Assembly (NCBI RefSeq): GCF_018350175.1
Contig: NC_058368.1
Coordinates: 148,182,001-148,246,000 of the forward strand
Direction of reading: 5' to 3'
Length of the DNA stretch: 64,000 nucleotides
From: Felis catus
Taxonomy: Eukaryota
Part shown: positions 53,288 through 64,000 of the stretch, piece after piece
Layout of the letters: each line of letters opens with the position of its first letter
Numbering within the stretch: position 1 is the first letter of the stretch
Translations under genes and position numbers: made by a program
The notes under the pieces: model-generated
What the model saw: only the letters and a program-made list of their open reading frames with translations
Told to the model about the DNA's origin: nothing
Databases searched by the model: none

Positions 53288-53537
53288 ATTTTTTGATACT
53301 GGCTAATAAAATTAATTCTGGTTTATTTGTAGAAATCCTGAAATTAGGTTAAAGTTACATTATTCTACAAAGATAAACAGGTGAGTGTTTTTGTGGTGTG
53401 GTGAGTGGGGATAGGTGGATAGTGAAAATAGGAATTTTATCAGACTTTATTTGGTTGAGACAAATAACACTAAGCATTTAGAGAATGCTTAGATTTATAA
53501 AGATTTTATAAATCTTTAGATTGAGATTTATGTCTCA

Positions 53538-53763
53538 GGCGCCTGGATAGCTTAGTCGGTTGAACCTCTTACTTCAGCTCAGGTCATGATCTCGTGGTGC
53601 ATGAGTTCAAGCCCCGCATTGGGCTCTGGGCTGACAGCTCAGAGCCTGGAGCCTGCTTCGGATTCTGTGTCTCCTTCTCTCTTTGCCCCTCCCCCACTCA
53701 TGCTCTGTCTCTCTCTCTCTCTGTCAAAAATAAATAAAAACATTAAAAAATAAAAAAAAAAAA
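53538..53763 (+). mobile_element. Can-SINE with TSD
   Basis: full body; TSD attta(t/c)gtctca. Confidence 0.96.
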
Positions 53764-55312
53764 CATTTACGTCTCAAATTAAAAAAAAACAATTCAGCAT
53801 ATATGTGATCCTTATTATGTCTTTTGGATTCAAAGTAAATTATTTCAGGAAGTTATGTCACTGATGGGAATAAACTAACAATACCTTTCTTTTGAATCCT
53901 TTCAATTTTGCATTGTCTCAAAAAGGGACTAAATTTGAAATAATTTATCCTAAATCCTACTCTTCATGATGCAATTAATGGTGTATATATGTAATATTTT
54001 GGAAATGTGTATTATGTACTTTTGTATGTATGTGTATATCTATAACAAGTGTATAGGAAGAGGAAAAAGGAAATTAATGGTGTGAATGTGAGGGGCCTGG
54101 CTAGAAGTTAGGTAGCATATGCTTGTGGGGGTGATAAAGGAATAAGGTAGTTCATGTCAGATAAAGCTAGTTGAGAGAAGAGTAAGGGATGGAAATTTTT
54201 TATCTTTTTCTGTCACTTTTAGTACATTAAGGAAAAATCCTATTAATCTCAAGAATAAAACTGAGCTAGAAGTCTTTCCCTGTTACCCAATCAAGTAACT
54301 TTCACAGCAGTGCATTATATAGGACATATCACTAGTTGATATCATGTTCTAGAGGAAACACCAGTCTAGAAATCCCAGCTTATAAGAACTGTGAGATGGT
54401 TGGTACAAGTCTGTCTACTTATTAAACTAAGGCAATTATTGCCATGATATGATTAGTTCTGCTTAAAAGAGATATAAACGACTCATGGTTTTCTTTAGAT
54501 TTTTATCAGGGTATAGAGAGGGCAACCATATTAGTTGAGAGAAGGCAAGAATAGTGAATTAGATACACTTTGAAAAATACTTTTTAAACTATGAGAAGAA
54601 GATAAAAACATCATGAGTCAATAATACCACTTTTGGCCCTAAAATAAGAGCTTTTCAGAGTCTGCTTTATATATCCATAATAAATATCTATGTATTAGAA
54701 GTTAATTAGAGTGAGTTTTTTGAACCTCAAAGCCCAATACTATGCACTGATCTACAAATTATTTATGGAAACCAAAATCATTTTTTTAGCAACATAAAGC
54801 TTATTCTCAGGACTTTGCTACATGCTATTGCTAAACACGATAATGAAATACAAGATATGAATAGTGTGTTGTTAGAAACTTATACATTCATAGGGGGAAA
54901 AACTAAAAAGCATGATGTATAAAAAATTTTTAAGTTAAAAATCATAATAATGTGATATACATTATATGTCTTATAGGAATTTAAGGTTGGAATCATTATA
55001 GATTACAACATTAAAAAAAATCATGGATGGAAAATACTCACGGAAAGGAACTAGAGGTAATTTTTGAATGGTGGCTGGTTAAGCAGGAAAAACACATTCT
55101 AGGTAATAGATTTCATGATTATTGAATCTGGCAGTTTGTGGTAGAATACTAAGACTCCCCTGATTAAACAAAGAGATTAGGGCAAAATGAAGATAGTGAA
55201 TATATTTTGTCTGAATGCCAAGCAATGTGTTTTTAAGTTAATGAATTTGGAACTAAAAGGCCTTTAAAGTTTATTTAATTGTGTATATATGACTTTAAAA
55301 AGAGATATTTGT

Positions 55313-55550
55313 TATTTTATTAAAATTTTTTAAATGTTTATTTATTTTTGAGAGACAGAGAGAGAGAGAGAGAGAGAGCGAGCCAGCGGCAGAGGGGCAG
55401 AGACAGGGAGACACAGAATCCAGAATCCAAAGCAGACTCCAGGCTCTGAGCTGTCAGCACAGAGTTTACATGGAGCTTGAACTCAGGAACCAGGAGATCA
55501 TGACCTGAGCCAAAGTCGGACGCTGAATGGATTGAGCCACCTAGGCGCCC
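55313..55550 (-). mobile_element. Can-SINE with TSD
   Basis: TSD aaaagagatatttgt; internal cagaatc duplication. Confidence 0.96.
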
Positions 55551-55977
55551 ATAAAAGAGATATTTGTATGATAAAAATTACACTTTAGGAAGATTGATTG
55601 CTTACAAATGTGAAGATTTTTTTAATCTTATTATCAAGCTCAGTCCCTTAATATGTTCTCAGTTAGCTAACCAAATTGGCCCAGTAATTGATCCCAAACT
55701 CTATTGTTTTTTAAGAGACTTGACCACACATTGATTCTGCCAGTATCCCTTTCCTGAGACTCTGTCTTTCTCCTAATCCTCATATGTAAAAAGTCTTCTA
55801 CATGGTCTTAGATTTTGGTGTTATCACATGTTGGACTTTGAAATCTCTGAGTTTGTTTAATGATATTAACCTCTAGTTAGTTTCCTATGACCAAACTCTT
55901 GCTTATTAGATTTCTTATAGAGCTATGTTATAGACATTCCAAGCTTTATTTAGAAAATTAGAACTGAACATTTCCAT

Positions 55978-56201
55978 GGGGCACCTGGGTGGCTCTGTTG
56001 GTTAAGTGTCAGACTCAGGTCATGATCTCACGGTTCCTGAGTTTCAGCCCTGCATCAGGCTTTGTGCTGACAGCTCAGAGCCTGGAGCATGCTTTGGATT
56101 CTGTCTCCATCTCTCTCTGCCCCTCCCCTGCTCATACTTTGTCTCTCTCTCTCAAAAATAAATACATATTAAGAAAAATTTTTTTAAATAAAAAAAAAAA
56201 T
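55978..56201 (+). mobile_element. Can-SINE with TSD
   Basis: TSD aactgaacatttcca. Confidence 0.96.
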
Positions 56202-56982
56202 AACTGAACATTTCCAGCTTCAGTACCTCCCTAACACTACCCTTTCCTACTGAAATAACTTGATCTACGTCCGATGTGATATCAGATATGCTCACCTCTC
56301 AATGAAAATATGTTAATGATTTATTTTTAAAGTTTAAACTGTCATTTAAATGACAAAAAATGAAGTTATGTGGGTGAAGAAAATAATCCTAGTTAAAAAG
56401 TAAAAGACATGGCCAATTCCATTGTCACAATAGAATTAAGTTAAACACAAGGCCCCGACCCAATTTGCCATGCAAATATGATGGTTATAGGACAAATATG
56501 TAGATGATGATAATTTCATTTTGCTAATCGATGTTTCCCTTGTAATGCTATTAAAGGCATAAAGTGAATATACCATAGAAATATATTAAAGAGATAAAGA
56601 GGGCTCCAGTCAGACAGCTACAACTGGGGGAGGCTTGGGGCACCAATAAGGCACAGCTGCTGGGTATATACACAGTTCTGTAGAGCTTGTCTCAGCCAGA
56701 AAAGAACAAACAGGCAATAAATTTCAGCCTTATGAGTTGTAAAATGGCTAAATCTTGAGACTGTTTTTCTCACCTATGGAAAGTCATGGCTATTTTGATA
56801 GAGCCAAAGTAGTAATTATAAATTATAAATTATCCAGCCGAAAAAATTTTGAGAGCATTAAATAGAATTTATTCATGATATAATTATTCCAGGATGATAG
56901 GCAGAGTCATCCAGGAAAGTCCTGGTAGAAGTGGAAAATATTGTCACACTGTATTCAAATAGTTAATAAAAAAAAAATTAGT

Positions 56983-57203
56983 GGGGCACCTGGGTGCTCA
57001 GTTGGTTAGGTGTCCGACGTTGACTCAGGTCATGATCTTGCGGCTCATGGGTTAGAGCCCCACATCGGGCTCTGTGCTGACAGCTCAGAGCCTGGAACCT
57101 ACTCCAGATTCTGTGTCTCCATCTCTCTGGCCCTCCTCCACTCATGCTCTGTCTCTCTCAAAAATAAATGAACATTAAAATTTTTTTTAATATAAATAAA
57201 TAA
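56983..57203 (+). mobile_element. Can-SINE with TSD
   Basis: full body; TSD aaaaa(t/c)tagtg. Confidence 0.95.
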
Positions 57204-57494
57204 AAACTAGTGATGGTAATAATTGAAATAGCATTATATTCACTAGGGGAAAGAAGGGAGGGATCATCAACTTATTGCTAGGTAGCCTGGGTTCCCACTA
57301 GGTCTGTAGTGATATCTGCAGCTGGGGTCTCCTTGTTACTTCTGAGCAGGAGCGAGAGTTGTAGCTCATCACTATATTCTCGTTGTTACCACTGCGTAGG
57401 CATCAAGGTAAATTTCACATATTTTTTCAATAACAATTTTCTCTATAATTCTACATTCAGTTACAGAGATAATTTGCTAATACTAGAGTTGTCT

Positions 57495-57692
57495 GAGGTG
57501 CCTGGGTAGGTACAGTCAGTTAAGCATCCAACTCTTGATCTTGGCTCAGGTCATGATCTCACAGTTTGTGAGCTCAAGCTCTGCATGGGGCTCTGTGCTG
57601 ACGGTGTGGAGCCTGCTTGGTATTCTGTCTTTCCTTCTGTCTGATCCTCCCCAGCTAGTGCTCTCTCTCTCAAAATAAATAAATTAAAAAAA
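57495..57692 (+). mobile_element. Can-SINE with TSD
   Basis: full body; TSD aatact(a/g)gagtt. Confidence 0.94.
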
Positions 57693-57899
57693 ATACTGGA
57701 GTTTTCTCTGATAACAACCCCCTCATTTACCTATCTATTTATATTTTTAGTGCATATTCTATAGGACTTTTGTATGTGCATGTGTGGATATTTGTTACTT
57801 GGGGTCTAATTTAATACTAACTCCACAATATTCAGAATGTTGGTGTTTTATTTTAGACATATATAAATAAATTCTAAAAATGGAATATGATTTGTAGAT

Positions 57900-58058
57900 G
57901 AGAGTAATAACTATTTTTTATAGGCAAGAACTTAACATGAATTACCTCATTCAGTTCTCACAATAGCCCTAGGATATGAAAACTTTTCACACCCCTTTTC
58001 TAGATGAGACAACTGAGGCTAAAAAATGATGAAGTACTTGGCCCAAACACACAGCTTC
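57900..58058 (-). mobile_element. MIR fragment
   Basis: ctcattcagttctcacaatagcccta...ccccttttctagatgagacaactgaggct. Confidence 0.75.
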
Positions 58059-58449
58059 ATGTTTCTAGGAAAAAGGAAATTAACCTTCTTTCTTTAATTT
58101 TATGTGAAGGTTAAGATGGTATGTAATAGGCATGATTAAAAGGTTGCCATTCGAATCACTAATCATCACTGATGAGTATAACCAATCTTGATCTCAGTAT
58201 CTAGTTATTTAGTAATCACATGTATTCAAGTTGGGGATTATAAAGACAGAGAAGGAATGTATGTAAGGGAGATAACGATCCTTAGTGATGTTAAATGAAC
58301 TGACTTTAAGGCCATAATCACATTTCCTGGAAGCAATAATTTTAATGAACAAGTCTATATATAGTATGCCTGATCATAATGAATGGAATATATTAGGAAT
58401 AAATTGCTCAATTCTCAAAAGGGTAATTGATTCCTGCTAGAATTGAGTC

Positions 58450-58590
58450 AGTATTATTATAATTTCCATTTTAGAGATCAGGAAATTAAGGTATAAGGGT
58501 ATTCAGTAAGCTGGTCAAGGATACGCAAACAGAATTGAATTTTTAACTACAACTCTGAGGTTCCAGGTCTGTATTTTTACCTACTACAGC
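58450..58590 (-). mobile_element. MIR fragment
   Basis: ttccattttagagatcaggaaattaagg...agtaagctggtcaagg. Confidence 0.55.
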
Positions 58591-60279
58591 CTATGCACAT
58601 GGTTATTGGCTGTTATTTTTTTCTTTTCAGAAAAAAAAAAAACACATTGGGTGTCCTGATTCTTTAGGTATAATGATGATAAACAAGACATTTGAAAATG
58701 CTATTTTTTTCTCACTGAGTCCTGAAAGTCTGAGTGACATTATAAGCATAAGCTCAGTTTTAGGAATTGAAATCATTAAAGAGTATAATGAAAAAATCAA
58801 TATTGAGGCTCACTTCCCTGAGAATTAAGAATGAGGACGATGCACTCTACCCCTTTGGGAATTTTTTGATAGGGCTTTTTTCAAACCCAGGGTAAATATC
58901 TTAAAGCAGCTTTGAGTCCTCTGGGACTGTCATCTGTTGCCCAATTTGAAGGTTTAAATGATTTTTTTTTAACACACACAAAACAGCTGCAGATAAGATT
59001 TGTCAGAATGTATTTGTCTATGTGTATCATAAATTCATTTCACATCAGCTCTCAGTGCTCATACGAGGCAGAGTGCCATTTTGAACTTGGCTTTGATTTG
59101 AATATGGACTCTGAACTTCTGTACAAAAATTAGTGACTGTGAGAACTTTATATTAATTAACATATTTGCCTCCAACAAATTTGCTTTCAACAATTCTCTG
59201 GTGCTAGATATTAAAATAAATTGAAATTCTCAAACTATTAAACTGATGATTGGCTTCTGATAACTGCTATTTTCTGATCAGAGGTTGAGATCTGATTAAT
59301 GAAGATGGCAGTTTATTGCTTCTTATTTTAATAGCTGGAACTAATGGCAATCCCATGTCCCTGAAGCTAGAATCAGTAGAATGGATAAGAAATGGAAAAA
59401 CTTCAGAAAGTCAGTTTTATAGCACATATTTTTGAGGGGATCTGAAGCTACTTTTCAAAAGAATATTTATGAACACTTTTCCCTTTATGTTGGTCTAATT
59501 TATTTTCTTGTTGGAAGAGCGAAATAATTTCCTGTAGACTTATAGTATCATTTCTCTTGTTCACTAATTTTGTTAGACAGTTCTGAATCCATGAAAAGAG
59601 TGCTCCAGGTTATACATTTTATAATGCTCTTTCCACAATGAGACTCTTGTCCTCTTAAATATTTTTATAATTATTAATACAATTCTATGTCAGCACGATT
59701 TTTGCTCCTTATTTTTCCTTAATCCTATAATTCCCAAGTTTTAACTAATTGCATTTTTATAATTTTTCTGACTGTAGCCTGTTGCCATCATAGCATATCA
59801 GGCTTTTGAAGAATATTTAGTGTTATGTCATTTTGCAGGGTGCTCTTTAGAATCTGGCTTTGTTATTCAAGTCCTTTTTTGTTGAAATGACAGTGAGGGC
59901 TTCAAAACCTGTCTCCTACAGAGGTCTCAGACAGATAATTGATTGGATAAGATATGGCTTTGGGAACAGAGGTGATTTGTCTTGAAACCTTCTATATATG
60001 GCTAGCACACCATAACTTACTAGAGTTTATTTAAATAGTTTGGATGTGTTAAAGGTAATTTATATGAATACCTCCCTGTTACCCTTTGTTTCTTCCAGTG
60101 CACTTTACTTATTTCATACCCTGATTTCATAGTATCCAATGTATATTCTATGCTTGAATCTCAATGTACCTTCAGATCTGGACCTCATTACTTAAATTTG
60201 AAGGACATTTTGCTAAAGTTAGAAAATAGTTTAAATTGAGATAAAACAATGATGGTTAAATTATATATCATTAATTTCC

Positions 60280-60442
60280 TTTTTCTTTTTTATTTATTAT
60301 ATATTTATTATTACATATCATGTATATATAGACTTCACGCTCAGTGCAGAGCCCAATGTGGGGCTCGATCCCATGACCTTGGATCATGACCTGCGCAGAA
60401 ATCAAGATCAGACTTTCAACCAACTGAGCCACTCAGGCACCC
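60280..60442 (-). mobile_element. Can-SINE lacking the usual CT tract
   Basis: gtggggctcgatcccatgacc...caactgagccactcaggcaccc; TSD-like taatt(t)tcctt. Confidence 0.85.
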
Positions 60443-60891
60443 TCACTAATTTTCCTTCCTTAAAACAATTTTATCTTACAGATACCTCTAGGACATTATT
60501 AGAAAAAAATGCCTTATGTGTAAATTTTACTCACTGTAGTAAGGCTACAGAAATAGATGAATATTAGGAACAAAAAAACAACAAATTCTACTTATGTATT
60601 ACTCTGTGCTAAGCACTTACCTGTATTATACAATTAACCCTCACCATTTCCCTATCATAGAATATTCCCTCTGGAAAAAATATAGCCCTTAAACCAACTG
60701 TAATATATTGGAGACAGTTTTCAAAAAAGATTTAATTATGCTCTTACACAAAACATAGAAACAAGATTTTGTTGTTAAGGCCAAAAAAATATATTGCATC
60801 TCTCTTTCAGTGTTCTGATAACCAAAGTACCTTTTCTGTTCCCAAAGACATGGTTCCTACTTATCATTTCAGCTTGAAATTCCATCCTAAA

Positions 60892-61137
60892 TTTTTTTTA
60901 ATTTTAACATACTATTTTTTTTAATGTTTATTTATTTTTGAGAGAGAAGAGAAAGTGAGCAAGCAATCAGAGGAGGCGCAGAGAGACAGGGAAACACAGA
61001 ATCTGAAGCAGGCTTCAGAGTCTAAGCTGTCAGCACAGAGCATGATGCCAGGCTCCAACTCATGAATCCTGAGATCATGACCTGAGGTGAAATCAGACGC
61101 TTAACCACTTAATTGCCTGAGCCACGCAAGAGTCCTC
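60892..61137 (-). mobile_element. Can-SINE (diverged)
   Basis: aatgtttatttatttttgagagag...gagatcatgacctgagg. Confidence 0.92.
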
Positions 61138-61988
61138 AAAATTTTTAAGTGTTTAAGTTGGTCTATGACTCTAAAGACATTAGGCCTTATTATATTGACA
61201 GGGCAATTACAAGCCTTTTGTGTATTTTCTTGTGGGATATGTATTTTTTGTTCCATAATCAGACTATTTGAGAAGTTCACAACATTAACTATGGTTATAG
61301 GGACACCTCTTCACTTTTGTTTCTTTAAACTTACACATAAAATATAGAAACGTATTGAGTGGGTTTTTTATGCTGAAGAGGAAATGGATAAGGAAAACAT
61401 CTATAAATATCAGCCAAAGGAAAGTAACAGGAATGTGAAACACTCTGAGCAATCAAACCATTGATCATCTATAGGAGTCAAGAACCACTGCTAACTTCCA
61501 AAGCTTTGAATAGGCCATGGAGGACAACAGGCTCAACAATTAAGGTTGTATAAGTGCAGCTTGCAATTTTTAAGATACATATCATGCTGACAGGTACACT
61601 ACCACAGGTAGGACTGTGGCTCTGAATTCCATGAGAAGTTATCTGAAGTAAAAGTACTAGATTCAAAATGGTTTGTTGTACCATTAAATGGTATTCCCAT
61701 TTATGAAATAATTATTGAATATCTACAATGCGTAGGATACTAAATAAAGGAATAAAACAAACAGCAACAGCAAAAACCTTCAGCCAACTTATTTTCTTTA
61801 TAGTAGAAATATGAACATAAAATTGTAATTAAGTTCATTTTAAAGTAGAGCAGGCTAAAGGCAGAAAAAAAAAGAGTAAATAAATGCCATTGGGATACAG
61901 GAAACACAGGGGAAGGAGAGAAATATTTCACAAACTGTGCCTTTATTTCAGGTTTTCCAGCCAAGCATTAATTGTTTGACATTATAGT

Positions 61989-62363
61989 TATTTTCTTTTT
62001 CTTTTCTTTTCTTTCTTTCTTTTTTTTTTTTTGGACAGAGAGAGAGAGAGAGAGAGAGAGAGCGCACAAGTGAATGAGGGACAGAGAGAGAAAGAATCCC
62101 AGGAGGGGCAAAGGGAGGGAGAGGAAGGGGAAGAAGAAGAAGAAGAAGAAGAAGAAGAAGAAGAAGAAGAAGAAGAAGAAGAAAGAAGAAGAAGGAGGAG
62201 GAGGAGAGGGGAAGAAGAAAAAGAGAGAGAGGGAGTGAGAGAAGTGGGGATCATTCGGAGTGGGGCTCAAGTTTTGGCCGAAGTAGGGCACAAACTCATG
62301 AACTGTGAGATCATGACATGAGCTGAAGTCAGATGCTTAACTAATAAGCCACACAGGCACCCC
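61989..62363 (-). mobile_element. Can-SINE with expanded internal (GAA)n
   Basis: head at 62285-62363, purine expansion at 62095-62245; TSD cattatag. Confidence 0.88.
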
Positions 62364-62633
62364 ATTATAGGCATTTTAAATTCACTATCATTTTGGATTG
62401 AACAGGAGGAGGGCAGTGTAAGAAAAATAAGGGAATCCGGGCAGGTATGAATAGCGCCTATGTTTTCAGAAAGAATCAGGATGCCATATAGAAAGCAAGT
62501 GAGGTAGGTCCAGGGCCCACAGGAGCAAGATAGCCCCAAGGTGCAAAATTAAGCTCAGATGAATAAATATGCATAATAAATGCCATACTGGATTGGGTCA
62601 GATCTCTCAAAGGCCAATCTTAGCAGTAGGTCT

Positions 62634-63296
62634 ATATAATGGGCAAAATAATGGCTCCCTAAAGATGTGCTAAACCTTGGAACCTATGAATTTGTTACAT
62701 AACATGGCAAGAAGGAATTAAGTTTGCAGGTGCTGTTGAAGCTGCTAATTATAAGCAGTTAAAACGGAGAGATTATTCTGGGTCATCTACTTGGACCTAA
62801 GTTAATTACCAGTGTTCTTTAAAAATACAAGAAGAATGGGGTGCCTAGGTGGCTCAGTCAGTTAAGTGTCCCACTCTTGATTTTGGCTCAGGTGATGATT
62901 GCAGGGTTGTGGGAATGAGCCTTGTGTTGAGCCATGCTCAGCATGGAGCCTGCTTGATTCTCTCTCTTCCTATGCCCCTCTCCATGCTCATGCACTCTGC
63001 TTCACCAAAAGCAAAGGTCAGAGAAATGAGATAGAAAAAGGACTTAATCTACTCAGTAAGCTCAGTAAGGAGTCCATGAGTCAAACAATACAGAAACTTT
63101 CTAGAAGCTGAAAAAGTCAAGGAAACAAATTATCACAAAAAGCAGGCAGAAAGAAATGAAGCCTAGCTGATTTATTCAGCCCAGTAAGAGCCATATCAGA
63201 CTTGTGACCTACAGAAGCATAAGATAATAAACTTGTGTTGTTTTAAGTCATTACAATTGTGGTAATTAGTTATAAAAGCAATAGAAAACTAATACA
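62634..63296 (+). mobile_element. MaLR LTR (MLT1D-like)
   Basis: aataatggctccctaaagatgt start; taagataataaacttgtgttgttttaag...gcaatagaaaactaataca typical MLT1 end. Confidence 0.88.
62838..63012 (+). mobile_element. Can-SINE (diverged, short tail) nested in MLT1
   Basis: ggggtgcctaggtggctcagtcagttaag head. Confidence 0.88.
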
Positions 63297-64000
63297 CTCC
63301 ACAGGTAAATTTTTACTGAATATGAGGGTTTCCCAGTATGAACAGTCTTACAATAATCAGCTGTCAAGTCTTAGTTTTAATAACAAGTACTTAATGGACT
63401 TCTAACTTAATATATTATTCGTACAGGTAATACTTATGTTTTAAATAGTAAATAATGACCAAAAATTATCTAAATTGGTATGTATTTTATTATGCATCCC
63501 ATCATATACAAAGCTTTGAAAATGAGAGGCACTTATTTAGTTGACAATAATGCTTGATGTGCTGATTAACTTGCACTTTGACATCTGTCAATAACCTAAT
63601 TAGGCTTCCGTGCTGATAGCCCATAAAATGTGAAAAAGGACTCTTCCTAACATGGAATTTAGGGTTTTAAGAGGCTATATATCAGGAAAATATCATCTTC
63701 ATTACTCTGTAGATGTATCATTTACAATAGGCTATAAAATAAGTGGCAGTGAATTCAAGGAGGATAGACTAATCATGAGACCACCACAACTGTCAAAGAA
63801 TTAGTGGTAGACCACATAGGGAAGGCCTTTCTGCATTTACTGATTCAGCTTTATTTATTGAGCAATTGTCAGTTAACTAATATAGCTGTGAATGTTTTGA
63901 TGTTAATTATAGCCTATTGCATTTATGTAGTTTTCATTTATCACCTGAATGTTCATGGATCTACAGCTCCAATTCAATCTCCACAAAAAGAGACTACTGT

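Noticed and set aside
61968..62321. Poly-Glu/Arg/Phe ORFs
   Set aside because: Translations of the SINE-internal purine repeat.
1..64000. Recurring ~200-bp repeats with tRNA-like heads as tRNA genes or a CRISPR-like array
   Set aside because: They are dispersed tRNA-derived SINEs with CT tracts, A tails and TSDs; there is no regular repeat-spacer periodicity and no complete cloverleaf.

Overview
AT-rich mammalian genomic DNA, almost certainly from a felid, based on about 30 tRNA-derived carnivore SINEs (Can-SINE/SINEC_Fc type) and a felid-type L1 3'UTR. No intact protein-coding gene, RNA gene or CpG island is visible, so it reads as gene desert or deep intron. Much of the window is transposon-derived: carnivore and older eutherian LINE-1 fragments (several nested), an ERVL LTR33-like LTR with a PBS and degraded internal sequence, a clean solo LTR with a 5-bp TSD, an MLT1 MaLR LTR, a Charlie hAT end, MIRs and microsatellites. 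The longer ORFs I could assign are repeat-derived. I found no new biological system. The best second-look items are a probable L1 3' transduction, the solo LTR, an inverted duplication in an L1, structurally odd L1 remnants and two isolated exon-like segments. Family names come from remembered consensus similarity, not database searches, and boundaries are approximate unless a TSD is quoted.
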